Assembly: GCF_001194135.2 (NCBI RefSeq) | Contig: NC_068982.1 | Span: forward strand, 145,294,233 to 145,358,232 | DNA length: 64,000 nucleotides | Direction of reading: 5' to 3' | DNA from: Octopus bimaculoides | Lineage: Eukaryota | In this document: one piece after another, positions 39,778 through 52,716 of the stretch | Position numbering within the stretch: position 1 is the stretch's first letter | Layout of the letters: each line of letters opens with the position of its first letter | Translations under genes and position numbers: made by a program | Notes under the pieces: generated by a model | Database searches by the model: none | Told to the model about the DNA's origin: nothing | What the model saw: the letters and a program-made list of their open reading frames with translations, nothing else

Positions 39778-40192
39778 CACTGGGCTACAAAAAAAGATTC
39801 ATTATCTACTACCCAGACAAATGGTGTTGTATTAAACTAAATCGAGTACGCTGATTCCGAATCTGGACTCGGAATTGCTGTAGTACGTCAGGATTTTAAG
39901 TTATGCACATAATTATATATTAATACTACATTAGTATCAGGGATAGTTAAGTTCAAGGTAAATAATTATTATAATAATATATTAGTACATATATAGTAAA
40001 TTTATGTTCAAGACAATTAGTATTACAATATAATGGTGCATAGTATATTTATGTTAAGACAATACTCACTTTATTTTTGATATGCTCAGCTCAGAAATGT
40101 CTGAGACTCTTGCTCTTGCGCTTATGCATCCCGTTGGTCTCCCGGTGTAGGAACCAGTAGTAGTCACCTGTCATGTGTAGATTGAACCAGCT
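39778..40192 (-). mobile_element. 3' end of a Chapaev3-like (CMC) DNA transposon: transposase C-terminus plus terminal sequence
   Basis: Minus strand encodes WFNLHMTGDYYWFLHRETNGMHKRKSKSLRHF* (resembles the recalled Chapaev3 motif YQGxW..M.(A/G)DYCW.L.R...HKRKS). Terminus reads CACTGGGCTACAAAAAAA preceded by TAA, with a subterminal GATTCGGAATCAGCG. Confidence 0.6.
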
Positions 40193-41062
40193 TATATAGT
40201 CTATCTGCGTCGCTTTTTGGGTGGAGTCTCCCATATCTAGTTAGCAACTTCATTGTCTTTCTGTCCAAGCTGTTTAGTTCGTCTACTGTCCATGCAATTA
40301 TCCCTACTCCATATCTAAGGAGTGAAACCGCCCAGGTGTTGATAGCTTCGATCTTATTCCGTCCGTTTAATTTCGACTTAAGGATCAGTCTCAGTCTGCG
40401 CAAGTACTCCACCTTAAATTTTTCTCTCATTTCTTTCTTCATCAATTCGTCCATTTCCAAAATCCCCAAGTACTTATAGCCCGTCTCTTCTATCTGCTTC
40501 ATAACCTCCCACGACGATATCGACAGCCCGTCCATTCATTTGATTTTGCCTCTCTTCAAGACTAACACTCCACACTTCCACACTCCAAACTCCATTCTGA
40601 TATCAGCAATGAAAGTATACACTCTATTAACGAGGGAACTGACTTGGGCTTTATCTTCAACGTACAATTTGAGATCATCCATGAATAACAAATGGCTGAC
40701 TTTTTCTTGGCGGCTTTTAAATACATACCCAGCTTTTACTTTCCTCAGAATTAGTGTTAGTGGTATCAAGCACAGTACAAAGATCAGTGGAGACAGGCAG
40801 TCCCCTTGGAAGATGCTCCTCCTGATTTCTACTATCCCTAGACTTCTTCCATATGTTGTCAGGTCAGTCCTCCAATTCGCCATACTTTTTTCAAGCAATC
40901 GCTCAAAATTCGATGCAATACCAAATAGGTTCATACATTCCATTATCCAAGAGTGTGGGATCATATCGTACGCCTTACGATAGTCCATCCATGACATGGT
41001 TCAGTTACTTTTCCTCTTCTTGCAGTCTCTAAGTACAGTTTTGTCTATTAGGAGTTGATCTC
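40193..41062 (-). pseudogene. R4/Dong-type reverse transcriptase core fragment
   Basis: RDQLLIDK, WMDYRKAYDMIPH, IFQGDCLSPL, HLLFMDDLKLY, YKYLGI, AINTWAV..LRY and LHPKSDADRLY, split by frameshifts (ORFs 40536-40997 and 40164-40535). Confidence 0.9.
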
Positions 41063-41658
41063 TGTTTTTTTAAATTGCCGTTTTTTAAACAGGCCCAGGA
41101 TTTTGTCGCACATACTTCAGCTTTCTTTCGATGTGTCTGACGTGCTGACTTTGTATTGCATTCTTGTCCATTTCTCCTATTACGCGCTTCATCACCTGTT
41201 TTATTAACTATCTTAACTAGTTTTTCTGTGCTGCTCTGTAAATACTCTACTAAACCTTTTCTTTTCTTCTGTACACATTCTTCTACTGCTATTAAGCCTC
41301 TACTACACTGGTCTCTCCTCATGTACAGCCAGTTGATATCAGCTTTTGGATGGTGGGCTCCATGCATCGCCAACAACTTCCTAGTTTTTCTGTCGAGTTA
41401 CTTTATATTGTTTTTTGTGCAGTCTATATATAATTCCAATTCCATATCTAATTAAAGGTACTGCTCTTGAATTTATTACTTCAATAAGACTTTTGGAATT
41501 TAGCTTTGACTGCAATAATTTTCTTACTCTCCTTCTGTACTCTCTATTGGTAATTTGTTTCATTTCTTCATTTTCTTATCTTGTCTGCTTCCAGTATTCC
41601 CAAATACTTACTTATACCACTCTCCTTTCTCGACCGCTCTCATTGTTTACTCATTTGA

Positions 41659-41660
<2 letters not shown>
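41063..41660 (-). pseudogene. Second R4/Dong-type fragment (RT thumb and post-RT region) from a different copy
   Basis: YLGILEADK..KEEMKQ...EYRRRVRKLLQSKLN, HHPKADINWLY...RGLIAVEECV and LKNGNLKK. The 5' end abuts (TAA)n at about 41661-41692. Confidence 0.8.
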
Positions 41661-41693
<33 letters not shown>

Positions 41694-43749
41694 GTAGTAG
41701 TAGTAGTAGTGGTAGTAGTATTAATAGTGGTGGTGGTGGTGGTGGTGGTGGTGATGGTGGTAGTAATAGTAGTAGTAGTAATAATAAAGATAGTAGTAAT
41801 AACAGTCTAAAAGTAGTACTAGCAAAAGTAGGTATAATTATTTTGATTTGAAAAGTATAACAAATAATAAAAATAAATTACTAAAATTAATAAATGAAAG
41901 CAAACTAAAACTCGAATATAAAAGTGCAAATCATTTAGAGTGTAGATGATCTGCTTCGACAAGTTTATATCAAATTGTCGTCTTATCGCTTCTTACGTAT
42001 TGAATTATATGTTAAATTATACTCGAATCTCCAGTTAGATGTTTGAAAAATTGTTTTGAAATCTTTTAAAATTCATTTCTACAATCCCTCCCCCACTTTC
42101 TTTCTTTCTCAAACATCATTCAGTTTCTCTCAATAAAAAATATAAATATGTAAAGTATTTTCTCTGAAAAGCCTTCCTTTCATGATTATATTTTCTTCTA
42201 AGAAAGCATCCAGAATCCGTTCGCATTTCTTCAGCTCAATTTCTTTTGCTCGATTTCTTCTAAATTATATTTCAAAGATATCCAGATCTCTTGCTAATCG
42301 CTGAAGTCTGTTAGTCAATTCTTCCTGTTATCTCAATAAATTCTCCAATGCTGAGTATCCTTTAAGTAGTTTCAAACTCTTTTAGTATTTATTTATTTTT
42401 AAACTGCTGCATTCTTATAAATTTTAACTTTTACTGGTGGGGAATTAATCGTCTTATTGATAAGCACATAAGGAATACGAAGAACTCAGGTTTTCGAAGA
42501 TGGTTGCAATACATATAGTACTGGTGTTAGTGACCGTGGAATGACGAAAGCCTGAGCAATCATTTGGTTAGATTCGAACGTAGAACCTAATGGCATATAA
42601 CTAAGTATTGCAAAGCGTTCTTACCGCCCATTACGGTAGCCATCTTAAAATGATATATATTAGTAGTAGGTAGAATCACAAGAATAGAGGAAGAGAAATG
42701 CTTTGCGCTATCTACTCAAGTCACTTCAAGTTCTGACTTCTAATTGTAGCAAAAATCAACGTTGCCTTTACCCCAGTTAAGTACTGGGATCGATGGCATC
42801 GTATCTATGTTAGAAATAATTCTTCTTGATTATTGTCCAAGTCTGCTCCACGCTGAACTGGGTCTAACCACCACCACCACCTCCACCTCTTCGAAGTTTA
42901 GTGACCGAGCAGAGGAGACTAAAATAGTTTGTTGCCTGTACATGGGTTCCTTTTACGTTTTGAGTTCATGGCTGACATTAACTTTCTATTTCATTCCTCT
43001 GGGATTTATAAAAGATATAGCAGTCAAATATATATGCTAACATAATACACTATAATATATAGAGGTCGAAGAATGTGCTAATATAATACACTATAATACA
43101 TAAAGGCCCAAGAATCTATCTACTGGTCAGCATTAATTGGGCAGATGCTTTTTCCCATTCCACCTTTGATTTTGAAGTACATTATTCAATGAGCCCTGCC
43201 AATTGCATTTTGAAGACAACAAAATACAGGTTGAGTGAGATTTGGGTGCTTTTTCTAGCAAGTTGACTGACCTTATAGAGGCTTCCTCCTAATTAGAGTT
43301 TCAGTGTTGCCTACCTGAAGCAAAGACTTCAGGTAGGCTCCACAACACCATCTATTATAAGTTGAATAAAATTTACTTTATATGTGCCATCTACATTGGG
43401 CCATACATGAGGCATGCTCGCTAAAAATCCAATATTCTGTCTCATAATTTATAGGATACTTGGCTGAAAAATAAATATCACTAATTAAATTCGAATACTA
43501 TAAACCTCTCAGTGGGTTATATTTCTTTTCATTTTCTATATTTTACGAGATGACTGTAGTTAATTAAAATGAATTATCGTCGAGTTAAACCTTTGTTGAC
43601 TCGAGTGTGCAACCATGTCAATTCCAGTTGATGTTATTTCACTTTATTGAAGTCTCTAATGCCCTTTAGGAAACTACAACTGTCGCACACACACGTTTCC
43701 CGTTTTCTTTTAAACGCAATTTACGGTGTCTCGCCAAGAAATCAATAGA

Positions 43750-44330
43750 AATAGCTAAAATTGAACGCAATCATCTGATATCATACACTGGCCCATATCT
43801 CATCGGAGTAGACACCCTGTTTCCTTACTGTTCTAAATTAGATCGTATCCTTTCAAACATTCCTCATTATTATTTTCTTAAGGAAAGTAATTTTAATAAA
43901 TGGAGTTGGAAATGTCGTTTACAATCTTCCTAATTTTAACCACACCTTTATAACATTCCGTGATTTTCCGTGACAACATCTTCATGTATATGTCCAGCAT
44001 TTCTTTTACCATGATATCAATACTAATGTTATGTCCTGTTCTTCTGTCTAGCTTTCTCTTTAGCTATACATTCTACTATTTTCTATTTCATTTTGATTTT
44101 TTCTTTCATTCTTCCTGGCTATCTTGAAGACATCTCTGTCTTTTCATCTCTTTTTTCCCCGACTTGTTCAGTGAATTATGCAATCATTCACTCACCTCTC
44201 CTCCAAACAATTGCTTTTCACCTAACCGATCATTTCCTCATCATTCTCGCTCCAGTCAACGCGGTCTTATTTCTCACTGACTTTCTCAATCATTTCCCCG
44301 CTCATCATTCAGTTACTCATACTACAAACG
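43750..44330 (-). mobile_element. Very decayed LINE remnant, possibly R4-type (tentative)
   Basis: Purine-rich minus strand with weak peptide resemblance to the thumb region (GEMIEKVSEK, EDC); many stops. Confidence 0.25.
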
Positions 44331-44663
44331 ACCATGATTCATTGTTATACAGAACACGATAAAAAAAAAAAATTATATTTTCTTCGTGATCGATGATAGT
44401 CATTATAGAAGACTAGAATGTCGATCAAAGTCAATCAATTCAAATAAAGTGAACGGATTTCCTTTGCGAAATGAAGCTAAAACGGGAACATATAAAATAT
44501 AATCAATGTGTCATGGTATTTTAAAATCAGCTTTTTATATTAGATAAGTGCATCTTGTTACAATATAAGTGTGAAATTTCAAATGTCACAGTCATAAGAT
44601 CAACTAGGTATGTATGAATATATATAAGGTATGTATGTATGTATGTATGTATGTATGTATGTA

Positions 44664-44751
<88 letters not shown>

Positions 44752-44792
44752 CTTAGCGCTCTAAGTATCATATCTATCTATCTCTCTATCTC

Positions 44793-44836
<44 letters not shown>

Positions 44837-45298
44837 GCTACCTAGCTAGCTATCTATTTTCTTTCTTTATATCAATCTCCTGCCTGTCTGTCTGTCTGTC
44901 TAACAAATTGCTATAAAATATTAAAAGAATACACGAACATATGCATGAAGCTTTGTATAAGCTGTTATTGTTCTTTAATTTTGTTGTTGCTTATGTCAGA
45001 TCCATTCTGATCGATCTAACATACGATCATGTTTAAGCCATGACTGTCAGAATGTTTTTATATAATATCTTCTTCACTTACATAAGACACTATGGTTTGA
45101 TTTAAAAAAATGAAATTGATTCCTATGCATAGCATATCTTCGACGCACGTTCATATTCTTTACACAAGTAAACACACACATACACATACACGAGCGCGCG
45201 CATACACACGCGTGCGCGCTCACACACGCGTGCGCGCTCACACACGCGTGCGCGTATATATGATAGAATAAAGATCATTCTAGAGTCATATAAACTCA

Positions 45299-45501
45299 TA
45301 GGGCTGGTTTCCGTAGCGCATATATTTCCCCCTAACGACACGCCGATCCGTTGCAGGATTGCTCATTTTCCCTGGAAGAGTGGACTGAAGCAACATAAAA
45401 TGAAGTATTTTGCTCAAGAAGACAAGGCACTGCCCGGTCCACCAATCGAGACCACAGTCTTGCGATCATGAGTTCAATGTCACTATCCACTAAGCCACGC
45501 A
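45299..45501 (-). mobile_element. SINE family E
   Basis: Minus strand: GCGTGGCTTAGTGG...CTTGAGCAAAATACTTCATTTTATGTTGCTTCAGTCCACTC; homologous to 18444-18640. Confidence 0.8.
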
Positions 45502-46589
45502 TACTCTCTCTCTCACACATACATACACACACAACCACATAATCATCATCATCATCTGGGTTATAAACATTACATTGTGCTGAACAAGAAGCTCCTCTAC
45601 GGCTATCAGGTAGCATATGTTATCATACAGGACTTCTATTACTCGATACACCTATGGAAATCTTGTTATTATCCGCAAGATTTATACGAAGAATTTTAAT
45701 ACAGGAAGATGGAATGAATATGCTTTAGAACGCTAATAGGTATAAGAGATGAGTACTGTATATTTACGACATTATGATATGGTGTTCATCTAACTTCATA
45801 AGAGTTGAGACATGTCTGTGCTTAGAAATACAATGAATAAGGCGTTTGTTTGATAGTTTTTATTATTTTTATTGCTATTAATTTGTTCGTAGTAATTTTA
45901 TTATGCCTCTGTGTTTTCGTTTGCTCTTCACCAATGGAATGCTAAATATTACATAACGGTATAAAACAAAAGGAAACGAAAGATTATCCAGCAGTGCTAT
46001 CGATCCTACTCACCCGAAGACGTGCAAGTATACAGCTATTGTCGGATCGTATTAATGTTATAATGTGTATAGTATGTGTAATATGCAGCAATTGCCAGCT
46101 GATATTGAATAATGCCAGTTCATTCTTGGAATAAAGCCAGTTCATTCCATTGTTTTGTATCAAATTTCTCAGGCTAACCAGTACATCACGAGGGGAATTT
46201 GTATACATACTCGTCGTGTGTGTATACACACTCAAACACACACATACATACACACACAAACGCACACACACACAAACGCACACACACACATATACTTATA
46301 AATATATGTATATTATATATATTTATGTATAATGATATTGGCTAAACTGGCAACATGACCATCCTCAAATACAACAATGTCTGTTTCAACACACGAATTC
46401 ACATCAAGAATCTTGCAAAACTAATATATAAACGTAATATATGTATAATTATATATATATAGATAATTTTATATATGTGTGTGTCAGTGTATGTGTGTAT
46501 GTATGTGTAGTGTTTGTGTATGTATACATATACGACAGGTATCCATACAAATTCCCCTCATGATGTACTGGTTAGCTTATGTGAATGGT

Positions 46590-46665
46590 AGAAGCCACGT
46601 GTCCAAGGTTCTGCACAGTCGGACTGAACCAAAATCCACGTGGTTGCGAATTGAACTTTACCTAA
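46590..46665 (-). mobile_element. SINE family B head fragment
   Basis: GTGTCCAAGGTTCTGCACAGTCGGACTGAACC resembles the corresponding part of 37620-37655. Confidence 0.55.
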
Positions 46666-46862
46666 CGCGCGCGCACACACGCACACATACACAAACAACA
46701 TGCGTGCGAGCGCACTCATATATACACATAGACATGCGCACTCACATATACACATAGACATGCGCACTCATCTATAAAGAAATAAGAAATAAGCATAAAA
46801 CATATTCAAAGCTTTATATGTATATATATGTGTGTGTGTTTGTGTGTGTGTGTGTGGGTATG

Positions 46863-46895
<33 letters not shown>

Positions 46896-47504
46896 ATGGA
46901 GAGCGAGGGAGCGAGAGAGAGACAATTGCAGATGTTTGGGATGAATTTGCGAAACGTGAGCGGGAAACGGAAATTAAATTGCGCGCATGCACACACTCAA
47001 ACGCTAACACGTACACTCAAACGCACACACATACACTCAAACGCACCTCCCACACACAGACGTACACACGCACACACGCATGCACGCAAATATACATACG
47101 CACACACTTATTATGTATACGTATACATGCACATACACAGAAGTTCTTGATTTCTGTAGGCGTCTCTAATGCTCACAATTATGGTCCCATAACTGTTCAG
47201 GCCTTATTAACTACATACATTGCTAGAAGTGGTCATTAAGATTCAGCAAACTCTAAGCATTCACTAATTGGAACACCTTCGAAAATTACGGTTCATCTCT
47301 TTAGTGTGCTTGAAACAGCGCTATAATACATCTGCGGAATTTATGAACTTTCGATTAGAAAAGGAATAATGAATAATTATTAACACGAATAATGAATAAC
47401 ACGTCCTTTCTCGAACTTTCATATCAGCATGATATCACTTAACAGGTTAATAACTATACAAGATTCCACTAGCCGACAAAAAGTTTCAATCAGCACTGTC
47501 ATAA

Positions 47505-47822
47505 AAAATACTAGGTCGTATGAATATGTATTCCTATGTAAAAATGCTCGGTCGATATCAGTAGGTATTTCTATATAAAATACTAGGTATATATCAATAT
47601 GTATTTCTATCAAGAATTCTAGATCGCTACCAGTATGCTTTTGTATCTAAAATATTAGGTTGGTATTAATATGTATTTGTGTGTAACGTTTTCGATAGGT
47701 ATCATTATGTACTTCTGTCTAAAATATTAGGTTAGTTTCAATATATATTTCTATGTAAAATACTACGTCGATATCTAAGAACTCAGGTGCATATGAATAT
47801 GCATTTCTGTCTAAAATACTAT
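47505..47822. repeat. Degenerate minisatellite with a unit of about 36 bp, about 9 units
   Basis: Approximate consensus AAAATACTAGGTCGATATCAATATGTATTTCTATGT. Confidence 0.75.
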
Positions 47823-47970
47823 CTTTATCTTTTATCTTTTACTTGTTTCAGTCATTCGACTGCAGCCATGCTGGGGGAAGCGCCCTGAAGAAATTTTTGT
47901 AGAATGAGTCGACTTTTTTCTTTTAAAACCTGGTACTTCTATCAGTCACTTAGACCGAACCGCTAAGTAT
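47823..47970 (-). mobile_element. SINE family B tail fragment
   Basis: TTTTACTTGTTTCAGTCATTCGACTGCAGCCATGCTGG...CCGAACCGCTAAGT matches 2920-3055. Shorter pieces occur at about 23620 and 49070. Confidence 0.7.
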
Positions 47971-48523
47971 TCATAAGATTTCTAGCTAGGTAATCTACTA
48001 TGTAATATTTCCTCAGTTGATAATTGGTGTTTATATTATGGATCTTGGGTTGAAGAACCAGATAGGTGGTTTCGTTATTTCAATTTAGCGAACAGTACAT
48101 TGAGTGATAAAAGTACAAATTGCTTTAACGATTTTCATACAGCCTGGCACACAACTAGACGTACATACATACATACACGTATACATACATACACGTATAC
48201 ATACATACACGTATACATACATACATACATCGAAGCGACAAGTCACGTATTTGGCGTGGGAGTCTATTTATCGAAAATACGATGAATATTATCTCCAACT
48301 TTGGAGCCACAACTATCAGCCTCGTTAAATAACTAGTTAATCTTTAGATGAATTAACTGAGGGAGAAAACTGAATTTAAACACACATGGTGAACAAAAAT
48401 TAAGAACAACTAAATTATTTTTCAAGGTGAACGTACAAAACCTGTAACAACAGAGATTTTTAAGCACAACTAATTGAAATACACGAACAAATTTGTAGAC
48501 AGAAGTTAGTGTGTGAGTGATTT

Positions 48524-48558
<35 letters not shown>

Positions 48559-49322
48559 AAGAAACAGACATAGACTAAAAGAGAGGACCTATTACACAGG
48601 GTGAGCAAGAGAAACAGAGAATGAAAAAAAGAGAGAGAAGAGAGAGAACAAGCAGAGAGGAAAAGGGAGAGAATCGGTTGAAAACTGCAAAAGTTTTTAG
48701 AGAAAACGCCCTGTAAAACACCGTTTTTCCCGGTTTCTCGCTTTACGCGGGAGCTCTGGGTAAAATGTTATTGCGCATGACCATCCTCGGCACTTAAGTA
48801 ATGTGCGTTTACAGTTTGGGGAAAACCGGTATAAAACTGTAGAAATGCATACGTACTACACACATACACATCTATCTTTGTTTTATGTATATAGGTATAT
48901 ATATATTAGAAAAAATAATAAGGCACCCAGATATCTGGATGTTTGTACATTTACAGATTTTTATTAATATGTCACATGTTTTATAAATATTAGCGCTTGC
49001 ACCTATTCTTGTTGGTGTTTCAAATATGATTTCACTTTCAGGTATGTATATATATTTTATAGCTTCAGCTGAGAGATGCGGCCATGCTGACGCACCGCCG
49101 TTTATATACAAACGTTTGCACTAAAATTGATTTATTATGATTTTATTATCTATTGTAGAATAAATCTATAGAGTTTTAGAGGCAACATTGTATCGACATG
49201 AAAACAATTAGTCATGGACATAAAATTAGGGATAAACTGTAAAGATTATAACGTTGATATTAGATTTTCTTCAACGACATGCTTTAACTGTTCACAAAGA
49301 TCGTAGTTATCAGATAAGAAGA

Positions 49323-49700
49323 AAATAATGAAGTTGACGGAGTGCTTCAGCGTTGCAGAGGTCTGCGCGCCACAGCAACACGTCTCCACCCTTGTTAGCC
49401 GCTTTCATGATAATATCTTTGCGGGGTCGGAAATATCGAAGGGTCTAGAGTTCGGCCGGGGAGATGTTAAAATGTCGGGGACGCCTGCAAAAGTTAAACC
49501 GGTCCATAACACGTTGGCAGATGCTTGCAATATGATCGACTGCTTATAACTGGCCAGGAGCTGGTGTGCAGTGGGATGGTCGACGGCCCAGGGCGGTGAA
49601 ACACTCCCCTTCATTAGATGCAGGTGAAGTGTTGTGGAATAGTGCATATAGCCTGACGTGGTGCACAAAGCTATGAATATCAGCACGTGTCCAAGTCTAA
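49323..49700 (-). pseudogene. Penelope-like element ORF fragment (region upstream of the RT)
   Basis: Frameshift-corrected reading SFVHHVRLYALFHN...HCTPAPGQ...NISPAEL*TLRYF...DIIMKAANKGGDVLLWRADL..AEALRQL resembles the PLE motif DIIIKPADKGGAVVVW...Y..EA.RQL. Confidence 0.7.
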
Positions 49701-49957
49701 ATGACAAATAATAATGTTTATGCTTCCCTGTATCTTTCCCACTCAGATGGAGGAATTGTTTTGAAAAAGGCCTCTTATCAAATTCTTATCGTTATATCTT
49801 TCCTCAACATGTCACGCCTAAAGAGTAAGCGAACCTTGCTCCTCTAGTGAAGTTTTATTTATTTTTTTTTTTTCCATTTCATTCAATAGAATTTAATTTT
49901 AATTATAAGTACACCTGCAGCGGTAAAATATATAGCTGCAAATTATGCGTGTGTCCC

Positions 49958-49988
<31 letters not shown>

Positions 49989-50504
49989 CCAATACTTATT
50001 TGGTACACAACAGTAATAATTAACTGACTGTCAATTGATATTTTTAACTGTGTAGGATCAGTCTTAAAATAGTTCAACAGATAATTTTGAATAACCTTCA
50101 GAGAAATTACCCCTAAACAATAGACATTTCAATACAAGAATAGTAACACATTTATAAGAAAAAGAATAAAAATAAATCGAATGACAAGCAGGTAGGAGTC
50201 TTTTGGTTTATTGAACAAGAGAAAATAAGTACGTGCGTGTTTGTGACAAATGTTTATCGTGTAAAGCGCAGGTATGATAGAAGCATTAAAATAGAATAGA
50301 ATTAAATTTCATGTAAAAATAAAACCGAATCAAATTAGAAATAGGAAGAAATTACTCTGTGTGTTTCTTTACAGATATATGTGAGCATTTAAGGACGTAT
50401 TTGTATATAGTCATTACCTTCATTTCTAAATTTTCTTTACATGTAGCAAAACTACACGTTATTCCTACCGACTCGTATTTGTGACTGTAAAGTGGAGTGA
50501 AACT

Positions 50505-50627
50505 CTTAAAGCAAGAGATACGGAATTCAATTATATTCTAACACTATGAACATTTTCCCAGGTGGTAGCAAGGCAGTATAAATATTCTAAGTCTGAAAAG
50601 CAATGATTATTACGAAGAAAAAAAAAA
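50505..50627. repeat. Diverged direct repeat of about 123 bp, copy 1 (copy 2 at 52717-52839)
   Basis: CTTAAAGCAAGAGATACGGAATTCAATTATAT...CCCAGGTGGT...CTAAGTCTGAAAAGC.ATGATTATTACGA occurs at both sites. Confidence 0.85.
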
Positions 50628-51296
50628 GTAAACACTAACATAATCTAGGGTTAATTTAATTAGGTTTCAATATTTATAAGCAAAATTTCAGTTATATATA
50701 AGTATAGACACCGAATGAATGTCTAATAAGTACCAATTGAACAATGGCGCCGAATTAATCGACTAACCCCTCCCACAAAATTAAAAATATAATCACGGAA
50801 AAAATGTAATCGATGTTCTTAATAGATAAACAATATTATAAAGGAATCTATTTGTACCAAGGCTAAAACTGAGAAGACAACAGACTGAGCCCACTTCCTC
50901 AGAAATATATTGTAACTATCTGCATACATGGGTAAATTGAAATACTGTAAGGTTTGTGAGAGATTCATTGATTAGGAGGTGAATTTTCACGAGGTCGTGT
51001 AAAAAATGTCCGAATCAAAAGAGAAAGACGTATAAATAATCAAACTCTTTGAAGAGCACCAAAAACAAAAATGTGTCTGATTAATAGATACTAATAGACC
51101 TATATGAAAGGAAGACAGACACACGCAGCATGATCCCAGTATTAAGTTATGATACTGTCAATTTGTGAAGCAACAAAAGCAAAATTCAATAAAGGAAAAA
51201 TCACAAGTGTATCAACAACACTGTTAACAGTGTGGTTCTGAAGATAGGATAGCAGTTGTCTGTACAAAACAGACATCTACATCAACAGAAGAATAT

Positions 51297-51494
51297 TCTT
51301 TTCTGCTCCAGGCACAAGGTCTGAAACTTTGGGGGAGGGGGCTAGTCGATTAGATCAACCCCAGTACGCAACTGGTACTTAATTTATCGATCTCGAAGTA
51401 TTAAAGGCAAAGTTGATCTCGGCGGAATTTGAACTCAGAACATAAAGACAGACGAAATACCGCTAAGCAATTCGCCCGGCGTGCTAACGTTTCT
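51297..51494 (-). mobile_element. SINE family A (standard tail), lacking its first 15 nt or so
   Basis: Reverse-complement homology to 30018; stops at GTGCTAACGTTTCT. Confidence 0.85.
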
Positions 51495-51727
51495 TATTTC
51501 TTTATTGCCCACAAGGGGCTAAACATAGAGGGGACAAACAAGGACAGACAAAGGGATTAAGTCGATTACATCGACCCCAGTGCATAACTCGTACTCAATT
51601 TATCAACGCCAAAAGGATGAAAGGCAAAGTCGATCTCGGCGGAATTTGAACTCAGAACGTAACGGCAGACGAAGTACCGCTAAGCATTTCACCCCGCGTG
51701 CTAACGTTTCTGCCAGCTCGCCGCCTT
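51495..51727 (-). mobile_element. SINE with the family-A head and body but a different 3' tail
   Basis: Head GGCGGCGAGCTGGCAG intact; tail ...GTCCTTGTTTGTCCCCTCTATGTTTAGCCCCTTGTGGGCAATAAAGAAATA replaces the GGCCTTGTGCC tail. Confidence 0.85.
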
Positions 51728-52716
51728 CATTAAGGCAAGAATATTACAAAAGAAAGAGCTGCTATATAAAACCTGGAATGTAACACATATTTTATATATG
51801 TAAATATTAGGGGTCGATTACGACTGTAAGAAATGCAAAATACTTATAGTAGTGAGAAAAACATATCTAAGAGCATAAATATATCTAAGAGAAAAACATA
51901 TCTAAGAGCAATAATATTAGCTAAACACTTCTCCCTATCGCAATAAGTTTTGTTTTGTACTGACAAGTTACAAAGACGATTGGGAGTAGTTGTGAAGTGC
52001 ATTTAATGGAGATAAATAATATCAGTGCAGCCGAGTCACCCAGATTATGCTTGGGTTACGTTGATCGTATATACAAAGCACTTTAACTTATGAAATATTG
52101 GGTCCCAGATGCATCCGATCATGGCATACAATTGCCTGGAAAGATAAAAAGACTGTTAATTAATTTGGACGACAATACTAATGTGCATCCGTTCAATAAC
52201 TTCTCGATTTCCAATCTCAACTGTCCAGAGGGCCTCATTCTCTTAGGGGAATATCTGTTTCGTTTCCCAATTAATTTCGTTCAGCCTGTTTATGTTCCTC
52301 AATCCATCAAGGCTGCTTCTATCTAATCGTTCAAGTTGCTGAAAATAGCAGCTAAACCTCCTTCAAACGGTAATTCACTGTCTTAAATCTACACTGACAC
52401 ATTGTTTTATCTCGTTCCACAAACCAGTAAAGCAAAACGGATTATCACGAAGCGAAATGATTTTGATAGTAATTAACATTAGATAAAATACATGCAACGT
52501 TTTATTGATAAATATTGTCCTTAAAGTTTACTTCAAGTAAAGAATGTTTTGCCTTTTCGTGTGAAAACTTGTATAATTGTATATCTTTTTAAAAGTCTGA
52601 AGTAAATCTTTCCGTTCCCGAAGCAACAGTTCGTGATATATGTGTGAAGATATCGTATTTAACAACTAAATACTAAAGGTACAATTTATATATATATAAT
52701 TGAACCGTGCAAAACA

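Noticed and set aside
47505-47822. CRISPR array (36-bp periodicity)
   Set aside because: The units are contiguous with no unique spacers, there are no cas genes, and the context is eukaryotic.
48690-48850. CpG-rich stretch as a promoter
   Set aside because: No downstream exon or transcript evidence; it could be a repeat fragment.
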